From Candidatus Sericytochromatia bacterium (GTDB lineage Bacteria; Cyanobacteriota; Sericytochromatia; UBA7694), in assembly GCA_018780035.1 (NCBI GenBank), contig JADMKE010000014.1:137271-173657 (forward strand): a stretch of DNA of 36,387 nucleotides. Reading direction: 5' to 3'. Position 1 is the stretch's first letter; every line of letters starts with the position of its first letter. The translations under genes were made by a program, and so were the position numbers. Of this stretch, positions 1 through 8,128 are shown piece after piece. A model generated the notes under the pieces. The model made no database searches, was not told the origin of the DNA, and worked only from the letters and a program-made list of their open reading frames with translations.

Positions 1-330
1 ATGGGCTTGAATTTCTGCTAGTCCAGCATAGGCTTCCGGAGTGTTCCTCTGTTTCAGAAGAGTTGCCAGAAAATCATGTTTTGCCTCTTCAAAACGTTCC
101 AAGTGCAGATAACATATCCCTCGAGAACAGTAAAAATCTGCTTGTTTGGAAAATTGAAGGGCTTTGGAAAAACAGTCTATTGCCCACTCTTCGTCCTGAG
201 CTTCCAAAAATGCTAAACCCTGGAGATAAATCATTTTGCTCTTTTTCTGAGCATCTTGGTTACGTTTGAGCCTTAATGTAAGGTAATAAATAATGAGCAA
301 AGTTAAAGCTGAAACAAGGAAGCTATTCAT
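1..330 (-). CDS. TPR-repeat protein, N-terminal portion; the gene runs off the window start. A possible N-terminal hydrophobic anchor is followed by TPR-like repeats.
   Basis: The minus-strand frame is open from an ATG at 328-330 (alternative ATG at 232-234) to position 1 with no stop. It translates to MNSFLVSALTLLIIYYLTLRLKRNQDAQKKSKMIYLQGLAFLEAQDEEWAIDCFSKALQFSKQADFYCSRGICYLHLERFEEAKHDFLATLLKQRNTPEAYAGLAEIQAH. The W-x2-A/F ... G-x-Y ... EEA TPR spacing is visible. Local GC is low (about 42%). This ORF is missing from the supplied track because it is truncated by the window edge. It is preferred over the overlapping plus-strand ORF 63-269, which has no recognisable features. Confidence 0.4.
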   Translation of the reverse strand, partial: MNSFLVSALTLLIIYYLTLRLKRNQDAQKKSKMIYLQGLAFLEAQDEEWAIDCFSKALQFSKQADFYCSRGICYLHLERFEEAKHDFLATLLKQRNTPEAYAGLAEIQAH

Positions 331-475
331 TTAAATAGGCTCTCAAAAAAGGAAATACCTGTCAACCTTGATAAGCCCTCCCGACCTACGCCATCAATTG
401 CTCCCACTTAAAAATCCACACCCGCCCCGATCTTGGGTTAAGATAATCTAAAGCATCACCTCTGGAGTTTCCCCC

Positions 476-1480
476 ATGACAACATCCCCTGTCACCGGCG
501 CCATCAGACCCCTGCCCCGCCCCGAAAACCTGGGCGCAAAACCCACCGCAACCGCAACCCCTGCGGCACCAGAAACCCCGGCCCCAGAAGCAAGCGAAAC
601 AACAGCAAGCGACGCCCCCACATCCGAAAGCACCGACCCCGTACCCGCCCTGCCACAATACCTGTCTTACGACCAAACCCATCCCGATCTGCGTTTCCCC
701 GCCCTGAGCGTTCCCCTGAGCCCGTCGAAGGGAGCCGAAGGGCCTGCTCCAACTGAGCCGGCTGCCGAAGAAACAGCTACAGAAGGGACCGCCCCCCCCG
801 AAACACCCATCGATTACCCCCTCGGCCAAACAGAGGCCGACACCCATGTCTACCAATATGGCGAGGCCAGTCAAAGCGAAGAACTCTCGCCCAAGGAAGA
901 AAAAAGAGAGGAACAGGCCAATTGTGGCCCCGCTTCTGCTGCAATTGTACTCAAGCGCCTGGGCATCCCTTATGAAGATCTGCACAATCTGCGCATCGAC
1001 GGAGATGCCGTGGTGGGCAGCGACAAACCTGCAGATGGGGTTTATGCCATCAATGCCGACCAATTGAGAACCATGGTTGAACTCAATGCCGCCCGGCAAA
1101 TGCGCGATGTGGAATCCGAGCGGATTGTCTTACCTGAAGACGCGGAAGCAGCCTATGACACCATTCGCAAGGCCCTGGCAGACGGGCATGAAGTCGTATT
1201 GCGCACCGGCAATATGGACAGCAACGGCAATGGCGGCCATTATGTGGTGGTCAACAGTGTGGGAGAGCCTCCCGATCGGCAATTAAATATTTCCGACCCC
1301 CAAAACCCAGATGGAGCCGAACATATTGAAAGTTTTGAAGAATTCGAACAGGCCCTGAAAAAGCGCGACAAGATCGGCATGCCCAGTGATATTCTGCTCT
1401 TTAAAGAAAAACCCCAAAAGATCGACGATCCTTTTTTAGAAGCCCGCATGAGCCCCCCACCCGAAGCACCTGCGCCTTAA
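476..1480 (+). CDS. Papain-fold C39-like cysteine peptidase domain protein with a roughly 150-aa Pro/Thr/Ala/Glu-rich disordered N-terminus.
   Basis: ATG at 476 is preceded by GGAG 8 nt upstream. The C-terminal half has the C39-type Cys motif 'QANCGPASAAIVLKRLG', a downstream His in 'GGHYVVVNS' and Asp/Asn in 'NISDPQNPD'. The N-terminal 150 aa are low-complexity (PATATPAAPETPAPEASETT...) with no signal peptide. Confidence 0.6.
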   Translation: MTTSPVTGAIRPLPRPENLGAKPTATATPAAPETPAPEASETTASDAPTSESTDPVPALPQYLSYDQTHPDLRFPALSVPLSPSKGAEGPAPTEPAAEETATEGTAPPETPIDYPLGQTEADTHVYQYGEASQSEELSPKEEKREEQANCGPASAAIVLKRLGIPYEDLHNLRIDGDAVVGSDKPADGVYAINADQLRTMVELNAARQMRDVESERIVLPEDAEAAYDTIRKALADGHEVVLRTGNMDSNGNGGHYVVVNSVGEPPDRQLNISDPQNPDGAEHIESFEEFEQALKKRDKIGMPSDILLFKEKPQKIDDPFLEARMSPPPEAPAP

Positions 1481-1515
1481 GAGAAACACGCAGAACATCT
1501 GTTTTGCTCAAACCG

Positions 1516-2466
1516 TCAGGAAAACTTCCAAACCAATTCTCGCTCTGCGCGGTTTTTTTGGCGAAAGGCCTTGGGTGATAGTCCCACCTCTTTTTTAAAG
1601 GCCTTGGAGAAGGCAAATGCGTCTTGATATCCCACTGTCCGCGCCACGTTTTCGAGATTGTCTTCGCTCTCGTTCAGGCGCTCCATGGCCTGCAAAATGC
1701 GCAAGGTGGTCAAATAGTGGTGGGGCGTGTCTCCAAGCACCTGTTTAAAGCGCAGTGCAAAGCCCGAACGTGAGAGCCCAGCTGCTGCGGCCAACTCCTC
1801 CAGGCCCCAGTCATGGCTGGGTTTGCCGTGCATCAATTGCAGCGCCTGATTGAGCGCAGGATCTTTGACCGCTTTTGACCAGGTGTGGTTGGGTGTTGCC
1901 TCACTGTCTAAGATCCGCCTGAGAATCAAATGAAAGAGAATGTCCAACAACCCTGAGACAATCGCCTCAGAACCCAAACTTGACGCGCCCTGTTCGAGCG
2001 CCAGCAATTGCAAGGCATGTTGCAGCGCATCCGCATAATTCAATTGCTCAGCCTGAATAATCACCCACTCAGGCAATTCACGAAAAAGCGGGTGAATCGG
2101 CTCGTTCCAAAGCTGATACGCCCCACTGACCATCGAGACCAAAGGCGGGGCTTGGCCCAATGTCTTGGCTTTTTCAAAATGCTGGCAAACTTCAGCCGGA
2201 GCAGCTGTTTCGAGCAAAGCCCGATCGGGATGAGAGGAAATAAAATGGGAGGTGCCCCGCGCCATAAAGGCAATGGTACCTCTTTTGAGATGCTGAGGGA
2301 GTGATTCACCACCACTCCAAAGCCAGGCTTCACCTTGGGTCACAACATGAAAGCCCATGCTGTGAGAGCAGGGAAAACGCATCGCCCAAGCGACATCACT
2401 GGTATTTTGCCTGAGAATGCGCTTTTTCAGGCCTGCTGTTTTTAAAATATCCGCTAAAATATCCAT
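1516..2466 (-). CDS. AraC/XylS-family transcriptional regulator with an N-terminal cupin-like sensor domain and a C-terminal double helix-turn-helix.
   Basis: The C-terminal 100 aa read '...LEELAAAAGLSRSGFALRFKQVLGDTPHHYLTTLRILQAMERL...', a classic AraC helix-turn-helix. The start is placed at ATG 2466 (MDILADIL...). The track's longer ORF begins at TTG 2511, and neither start has a good SD. The gene is divergent from the NmrA-like gene across an AT-rich 127-bp spacer. Confidence 0.85.
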   Translation of the reverse strand: MDILADILKTAGLKKRILRQNTSDVAWAMRFPCSHSMGFHVVTQGEAWLWSGGESLPQHLKRGTIAFMARGTSHFISSHPDRALLETAAPAEVCQHFEKAKTLGQAPPLVSMVSGAYQLWNEPIHPLFRELPEWVIIQAEQLNYADALQHALQLLALEQGASSLGSEAIVSGLLDILFHLILRRILDSEATPNHTWSKAVKDPALNQALQLMHGKPSHDWGLEELAAAAGLSRSGFALRFKQVLGDTPHHYLTTLRILQAMERLNESEDNLENVARTVGYQDAFAFSKAFKKEVGLSPKAFRQKNRAERELVWKFS

Positions 2467-2638
2467 GGCATTAGCTTGACACAAAACCAATCCAAAGTCC
2501 ACTTCAAACAAAAAATTTAGATTTTAAGACATGTAATTTGGATTATTTACCATTCAAAGTATATTTATATGATTATATTCTAGAGGGGTACCACACAGAA
2601 CAAATACCAAAAACAGATTTTAGAGGAGTCCAAAATAT

Positions 2639-3472
2639 ATGTCTCAGATTTTAATTGTCGGGGCCAGTGGCCAAGTCGGTTCAGAACTCGCCAAACTTTT
2701 AAGCAGCCAAGGTCAGGACGTGCGCAAAGCCACCAGCAAAGCAGCAAGCGCAGCGGATCAGGTGCATTTAAATTTGGTCACAGGCGAAGGTTTAGAGGCC
2801 GCTTTTCAAGGGGTAGAAAAGGCCTTTTTAATGGCCCCACCGGGTTATACCAACCAAGATCAACTGCTGGGCCCCGCTTTTGCTCAGGCAAAAAAACAGG
2901 GAGTGAAAAAAATTGTTTTGATGACAGCCATGGGAGCGGATGCTGATCCCGAAGCCCCTTTGCGCAAAGCTGAAGTCTTACTCGAAAATTCGGGTCTGGA
3001 TTACAATATTATCCGCCCCAATTGGTTTATGCAGAATTTTAATACCTTTTGGATTCAGGGTATCTTGAGCCAGCAGAAGATCTTTTTGCCGGTGGGCCAG
3101 GCCAAAGGCAGTTTTATCGACGCCCGCGACATTGCTGCCGTGGCCGCAGCCCTGCTGGTCAAAGACGATCTCAAAAACCAGGCCTTTAATCTCACCGGAG
3201 ACGAGGCCCTCGATCACGACGAAGTCGCCCAGATTCTCTCAGCGGTCACAGGTAAAACCATTGGCTACGAAGAGATTTCTCCCGAAGCCATGCGTGAAGG
3301 GCTCTTGGGGGCCGGTTTGCCTGCCGATTACACTGAATTTTTGCTGATGATCCTGGGCTATTTTAAAGCCGGATATGCTGCGCAGATCACGCCCGAAGTG
3401 GAAAAGATCACGGGACGCAAACCGATCTCCTTTGCCCAATACGCCCAAGACTACAAACAGGCCTGGCTCTAA
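2639..3472 (+). CDS. NmrA-like / atypical SDR NAD(P)-binding oxidoreductase.
   Basis: ATG at 2639 has AGAGGAG upstream. The N-terminal Rossmann motif 'ILIVGASGQVGSELAKLL' is present. Length and layout match the NmrA/HSCARG/isoflavone-reductase-like family. It is the divergent partner of the AraC regulator. Confidence 0.8.
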   Translation: MSQILIVGASGQVGSELAKLLSSQGQDVRKATSKAASAADQVHLNLVTGEGLEAAFQGVEKAFLMAPPGYTNQDQLLGPAFAQAKKQGVKKIVLMTAMGADADPEAPLRKAEVLLENSGLDYNIIRPNWFMQNFNTFWIQGILSQQKIFLPVGQAKGSFIDARDIAAVAAALLVKDDLKNQAFNLTGDEALDHDEVAQILSAVTGKTIGYEEISPEAMREGLLGAGLPADYTEFLLMILGYFKAGYAAQITPEVEKITGRKPISFAQYAQDYKQAWL

Positions 3473-3484
3473 AGAGTGACAGAC

Positions 3485-4141
3485 TCAACGGGGGGCATGG
3501 TTGTGAATCATGCCCCTCAAAACAGCCAAACCAGGACACCCGGCTTTTTTACAAATTTTTCTCAGATGTGTCTTGACGGTATTGGTACTCAAAAACAATT
3601 CACTAGCAATTTGGGCCTGTTTATACCCTTTACACAGTAGGCGAAAGACCTCTTTTTCACGCTCAGTCAGCGGAACATGCCAGACAATCGGCCTGTAGCC
3701 TTGACGGGCTTTCTGGTGCATATGGTAATAGACAACAGGGTCCCAAAAGATATCCCCCATCAAGATTTTGTCTAAGGCATACTCAAGGGTTTCAACGGTT
3801 CCCCCTTTGACCACATAACCTCGAATCGAGAGATTGGCTGTGTCTCTCCATTCCAGCCAGTCTTCATACCCACTGAATAAGAGAATCAGGGGGGGCTGAA
3901 GCAAGGTTTGGACAAATTCAGCCACTGCCATGCCATTCATATCCGGCAAATTTAAATCCAAGATCAGCAAATCGGGTGTTGGTTGATTTTGCAACAGGTC
4001 AATCGCCATCCGTCCCGACTGTACCCGGTTTAAAATCTGAAATTCATAGGGCAAAAAACAATTCTGAGTCAACCAAGCTTCTAAAAAGTCCAGCGTGATC
4101 GCATCATCGTCTACCAACAGCACAGTTACGACAGCAGCCAT
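3485..4141 (-). CDS. Two-component response regulator of the NarL/FixJ (LuxR helix-turn-helix) family.
   Basis: The receiver domain reads 'VLLVDDDAITLDFLEAWL...LLILDLNLPDMNGMAVAEF'. The C-terminal LuxR helix-turn-helix reads 'LTEREKEVFRLLCKGYKQAQIASELFLSTNTVKTHLRKICKKAG'. ATG 4141 (MAAVVTVLLVDDD) has AGGA upstream. The track ORF extends to a GTG at 4171. No cognate kinase is adjacent. Confidence 0.85.
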   Translation of the reverse strand: MAAVVTVLLVDDDAITLDFLEAWLTQNCFLPYEFQILNRVQSGRMAIDLLQNQPTPDLLILDLNLPDMNGMAVAEFVQTLLQPPLILLFSGYEDWLEWRDTANLSIRGYVVKGGTVETLEYALDKILMGDIFWDPVVYYHMHQKARQGYRPIVWHVPLTEREKEVFRLLCKGYKQAQIASELFLSTNTVKTHLRKICKKAGCPGLAVLRGMIHNHAPR

Positions 4142-4233
4142 CCAGATTGTCCTAGCTTTTCGATTCCACACTCAAATTAAAACATATATTCTTCCCAAGA
4201 TAAAAGCACAGTTCCGTCACACCCGCCCCCCTC

Positions 4234-4256
4234 AAAATCACCCAGTGGGTGATTTT
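4234..4256. promoter_or_regulatory. Perfect 10-3-10 inverted repeat (candidate operator) in the divergent promoter region between the LuxR-type response regulator and the 1071-aa gene.
   Basis: The sequence is aaaatcaccc-agt-gggtgatttt. The arms are exact reverse complements. It lies 72 nt upstream of ATG 4328 and 78 nt upstream of the regulator start. Confidence 0.4.
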
Positions 4257-4327
4257 CAAGCATTGTAAAGATATGTTATGAAAGAGGTATGAATGATAAC
4301 GCTGGGTTGTGATGGAGGATCAGAGGT

Positions 4328-7300
4328 ATGGGTATTCAGTTGAATGGTTCGTACTCCAATGTCGGCAAAGACACGTTACAAACACTGCACAAGGTGGCAC
4401 AAAGTGGCGCAAAAATTGAAGCAGCAGAAGTCGATGAAGTCGAAAAAGCGGCCCGTGCCGATGGGGATTTCAGTGATGGCGAAAAAGCCTTGATTGCAAA
4501 ACTCAGAGAAGGAACCCGCGATAAAAAAGAGATTCAGGATTTTCAATTGGCGGCCTTTGACCCCACGGCCCAAGAGCTGGAATTTGGCAGTTTTAACCTG
4601 GAGATCAATGCCAATCAGGGCCAAAGCAAACCCGTCTATCTTGAACGCCTCGGAGAAGCCATTCGGAGCAATGATTCCGACAGTGATGACACCATTCGCA
4701 AGCTGCTGTCGGATCAAAAGCGTTTTGAACTGGCAGCCAAATTGGCACCGGGTCGGCTGCTCGAAGCTGTGGATATCCTCAAAAGTGGCAATTATTCAGA
4801 CGAAGACCGGGCTAGCGTGGTGAAAATTTTTGCAGCTGTGCCCCCTGCCCAACAGGCAGAGATTCTGAAAAAACTCAACGCAGATGGGGATGATAATACC
4901 CTGCGCGATCTGAGTGAAAACAGCACAGCTTTGGCAGCTGTGGCCCAAGGGGATCCTGCGGTCTTGGACAAAGTCATTGAGACCTTAAAAAGTGGCGTTT
5001 ATTCAAGCGAAGATGCAGCAGCAGTGGCCCGCGTGGTCGCGGCCCAATCAGCTCCTCAGCAGCAGAGTTTTGTCAAAGCAGAAATTCAGCGCAATGACAG
5101 TGACAGTGACGATACCCTGGCCGCGTTGAGTGAAAAGACCCGTGTGCTTGAAAATTTGGATACTCCCACCAAATTGCAAAGCTTACATGTGCTCTATGAT
5201 GGCAATGTCTCTGCAGAAGACAAAGTGGGCATGCGCCACATTTTGGAAGAAATCGGCTTTTTGACGATCTCTGACGACAAAGCCAAAGAAGTCGCCAAAG
5301 CCTTGGAAGGCCTCAGCGATGCACAAAAAACCAAATTGGCCGGTCAATTGGATCAACTCAGTCCAATTCAAAAAGCAGATCTGCTCAAGGTCTTGAATCA
5401 GCTCAATCCTGAACAAATCCAAAACAGCTTAAAGGCCCTGACCGCTCCCAGCAACAAAGACGAATTGGGGAGTTTGGTCAAGCTCTTAAGTGCGAGCCAC
5501 AATAAACCCGAAGAACTTGCTCGCTTTTCTGCTGGTTTTGCGGCCTTGACTGAGCCTGAACAGCAAAGTGCCGCGAAACTCATTCACAGTTTAATGCAAG
5601 CCCCTCCCCCCGCCAGCTTGAGAACAGATATTGCCACAGAATTGAGCAAATTGGGGGCCAGCAGTCCCCGCGTAGGCCAAGTCTTAAATAGTTTGGGGCT
5701 TTACTTACCAGCCACTGAGCCCAAAGCCCCCGGCACAGAAGATGCCTCTTCGCGCTTAAAAACCGTCTATATGGGGCAATACAGAACCGATGACCCCAAT
5801 GCCGACTATACCCGAGACATGTTAAAAGTCGCCCAAACTGAGAATTTTAAAGTGGCAATCCAAGGCTCTTTAACCCATTTTCCCACCCCAATGCCTGCCG
5901 CCACTGTCACGGCCAAAGAAACAGATCTGGCCGCCAAAGGGGAGTTTTCCCGCGCCAATCTGGATGCCACAATCAAAACCCTGGAAGACATGGGCGTGCT
6001 CAGTGGCGCCATGCCTGCCGCAGACAAAGACAAAGAAGCCAAGACCTATTTGGCCAAGGTGGCCCTCTTCAAAGATACCCTGATTGCCGATCTGCAAAGC
6101 AAAGAAGGCATGAGCAAAGCTGATGCCGAGGCCTTGGTCAACAATCCCGATCGGGTCGATATCCGCCTGACGCCTCACGCTGGGTATATCTGGGCCGAAG
6201 ACAATAAATGGGTCAAGGTAGATGGCACCGTAACGACCACCCCGGCGCTGCGGCGTATTCCGGGGATGGCCCCCCCCGCTTTGGACAAAGCTCAGGCCTT
6301 TACCGATGCCAATCTGGGCCAAGCCCCAGGCACCCCCGGTTCGGAGGGCCACCACACAGCCGCCTTGCCCAGCAATGATCCCTACAATTTATTGCCAGAC
6401 AACCCTGCCACCTCATGGCGGGGGGCGGTGACAATACGCGACCAGGAGATCAATGCCAATGAATTGGGACAATCTGTTAATGGCCGCCCTGCGGATGTAA
6501 CGCGCACCTACAACGAAGGTGGCAATATGCTTACCGGGACCAAGCCCAATGGCGAAAGTTATGCGGTGGTGGGCAGAGATGGCTTGTTATTGAGCGCTTT
6601 TCATTTGGAGGACACCTCAGACCCGGTCTTTGATGCTGCCAAGGTCGATGCCAGAATCAAAGCCATGGGCCTCGATCAGCCTTTTGCCTCCTTGCCCAAG
6701 GCCACCCAAGCCGAAATCGACGTCACAATCAAGCGCTTAAAAGCAGCCGGAGAAACCTTTCCCGATCTGGCTGCAGAAAGAAAACGGGCCACTGAATTTT
6801 TGGCCAAAATTGATCTAACAAAAGATCTCTTTGCCCAAGATATTGGGGTCGATCGCAAGAATTTGACATTTGTCGCCCAACCAGACTTTCATATAGATAT
6901 GCACATGCGCCCCCTGGGACCGGGGCAAATGATGATCAACGATTTTGACGCCAATCTGAAGCTCTTAACCGAGGCAAAAAAGAAAGCCACCCCTGGCTCC
7001 TGGGAAGACAAAGAACTGGATAGCATGATAGATCATGCAAAAAAAATGAAAGCGGTGCTGGGCCCGGTGATGGATCAGATTGCCCAAGAGTTAAAAGACA
7101 GTGGCCTCGAAGTCATTCGGGCCCCAGGCGTGATGGAAGCCCAAATGGCCCAAGCGCCGGTCGAAAAAGATTCGGATGTGGGTACCTTTTTGGGCTTGGC
7201 AGCAGACAAAACCTATGACCAAGCCACGCTCAAAGCAGAATTGATGGCCAAAGGAATCACCGATCCCGTTTTGGCAGAGGTTCTGACCCAAACCTTTAAG

Positions 7301-7543
7301 CGTCACGTCAATTTTATGAATGCCGTTCCTGGCACCAGCAATGGCAGCAACAAACAGTTTTATATGACCAACGCCACCAGTTTGCCTTCCCTGACAGCGG
7401 CTTATGAGGACTATCTCAAACAGACACACGGTATAGAAACCGTGTATTGGCTCGGCGGAGATGGTGGTGGCCCCAGCAGCAGAAGCGCTTCGGAACAATC
7501 ATTGGATGCCAGTGGCGGACTGGACTGCCGGGAGAACCATTGA
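4328..7543 (+). CDS. Large (1071 aa) multidomain protein. It has an N-terminal acidic helical-repeat region and a C-terminal domain (about 370 aa) of the guanidino-group-modifying-enzyme fold (arginine deiminase / DDAH / peptidylarginine deiminase / amidinotransferase-like). It is a putative arginine- or guanidino-modifying effector.
   Basis: ATG 4328 has GGAGG 9 nt upstream. The N-terminal 600 aa contain recurring motifs: 'R(S/N)NDSDSDDT' appears twice and 'LKSG.YS.ED...V' appears three times. No signal peptide is present. The C-terminal domain carries the ordered hallmark motifs of the fold: 'TYNEGGNMLTG' (EGG[D/N], nt about 6514-6525), 'DFHIDMHM' (H-x-D, nt 6890-6898) and the C-terminal 'SGGLDCRENH' (GGxxC catalytic Cys, nt 7524-7526). 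The stop TGA overlaps the next ATG (TGATG). Confidence 0.8.
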   Translation: MGIQLNGSYSNVGKDTLQTLHKVAQSGAKIEAAEVDEVEKAARADGDFSDGEKALIAKLREGTRDKKEIQDFQLAAFDPTAQELEFGSFNLEINANQGQSKPVYLERLGEAIRSNDSDSDDTIRKLLSDQKRFELAAKLAPGRLLEAVDILKSGNYSDEDRASVVKIFAAVPPAQQAEILKKLNADGDDNTLRDLSENSTALAAVAQGDPAVLDKVIETLKSGVYSSEDAAAVARVVAAQSAPQQQSFVKAEIQRNDSDSDDTLAALSEKTRVLENLDTPTKLQSLHVLYDGNVSAEDKVGMRHILEEIGFLTISDDKAKEVAKALEGLSDAQKTKLAGQLDQLSPIQKADLLKVLNQLNPEQIQNSLKALTAPSNKDELGSLVKLLSASHNKPEELARFSAGFAALTEPEQQSAAKLIHSLMQAPPPASLRTDIATELSKLGASSPRVGQVLNSLGLYLPATEPKAPGTEDASSRLKTVYMGQYRTDDPNADYTRDMLKVAQTENFKVAIQGSLTHFPTPMPAATVTAKETDLAAKGEFSRANLDATIKTLEDMGVLSGAMPAADKDKEAKTYLAKVALFKDTLIADLQSKEGMSKADAEALVNNPDRVDIRLTPHAGYIWAEDNKWVKVDGTVTTTPALRRIPGMAPPALDKAQAFTDANLGQAPGTPGSEGHHTAALPSNDPYNLLPDNPATSWRGAVTIRDQEINANELGQSVNGRPADVTRTYNEGGNMLTGTKPNGESYAVVGRDGLLLSAFHLEDTSDPVFDAAKVDARIKAMGLDQPFASLPKATQAEIDVTIKRLKAAGETFPDLAAERKRATEFLAKIDLTKDLFAQDIGVDRKNLTFVAQPDFHIDMHMRPLGPGQMMINDFDANLKLLTEAKKKATPGSWEDKELDSMIDHAKKMKAVLGPVMDQIAQELKDSGLEVIRAPGVMEAQMAQAPVEKDSDVGTFLGLAADKTYDQATLKAELMAKGITDPVLAEVLTQTFKRHVNFMNAVPGTSNGSNKQFYMTNATSLPSLTAAYEDYLKQTHGIETVYWLGGDGGGPSSRSASEQSLDASGGLDCRENH

Positions 7544-8127
7544 TGAGAAAAATAGTGATTTTGTCGCTTTTATTGGCAGGCTGCTTTGCCAAAACACCCA
7601 CAGAGGAGAAAGCCATGATCCAGAATCCCCCCGATTTAAAGCAATACCAAAACATGCTTCACAGCATGCGACAGGCCAATCAACATGGGCATTTGACTGT
7701 CCCACAAATCAAACAGGCCATCCATCTGGCCCAAGGATTTAAAGGCCAAGAACAAACGTTGGCACTGGATATCCTCAAGCAAACAGTCAGTACCCACGGG
7801 ACCAAAGAGGCAAAATCTTTTTACAGCCTCAATCCAGAATTGAATCTGGTGGATGTCTTTTCAGCTGTTCATATCGACTCAATTCCCGAATCCCTCTTGC
7901 AATTGCTCAATCCCGACATGCCCGGATTGAGTTTAGACAGATTCAGACAATTGCCTGCAAAAGACCAAACTCAGCTCTTGGAATTTGCCCGCACAGCACA
8001 AAACTATTACCTTGAGAAAGCCGAGTCGATGCGCTCTGCCGTCAATCCTATCTCTGCAAAGGCAGAGACCATTGGGATGTTTTTGCTGCAGGCCCAAACT
8101 GAAGTTCAAATTTCTGAAAACAATTAA
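7543..8127 (+). CDS. Small alpha-helical lipoprotein (194 aa) translationally coupled to the 1071-aa gene. It is a possible immunity, chaperone or partner protein.
   Basis: ATG 7543 overlaps the upstream TGA stop, and GGAGA lies 7 nt upstream. The lipoprotein signal is 'MRKIVILSLLLAGC' with a lipobox Cys. The track's longer ORF (7447) has an implausible Trp/Arg-rich N-terminus lying inside the upstream gene. Confidence 0.7.
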   Translation: MRKIVILSLLLAGCFAKTPTEEKAMIQNPPDLKQYQNMLHSMRQANQHGHLTVPQIKQAIHLAQGFKGQEQTLALDILKQTVSTHGTKEAKSFYSLNPELNLVDVFSAVHIDSIPESLLQLLNPDMPGLSLDRFRQLPAKDQTQLLEFARTAQNYYLEKAESMRSAVNPISAKAETIGMFLLQAQTEVQISENN

Positions 8128-8128
8128 G

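Noticed and set aside
63-269. 68-aa plus-strand ORF at the window start
   Set aside because: It has no SD and no recognisable motif. The opposite strand encodes a convincing TPR-repeat protein over the same span.
386-1099. 237-aa minus-strand ORF, plus small ORFs at 448-633 and 504-752
   Set aside because: These are antisense to the C39-like gene. The Gly/Cys/Arg-rich translation is typical of the reverse frame of GC-rich coding sequence.
1481-1515. Possible terminator between the convergent C39-like and AraC genes
   Set aside because: Only an imperfect 8-bp stem (gcagaaca/tgttttgc) with one mismatch and no clear T-tract. This is too weak to call.
5870-6355. 161-aa minus-strand ORF inside the 1071-aa gene, plus other antisense ORFs there (4376-4717, 5183-5422, 7091-7498)
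   Set aside because: These are antisense frames of a well-supported long CDS. None has an SD or a domain.
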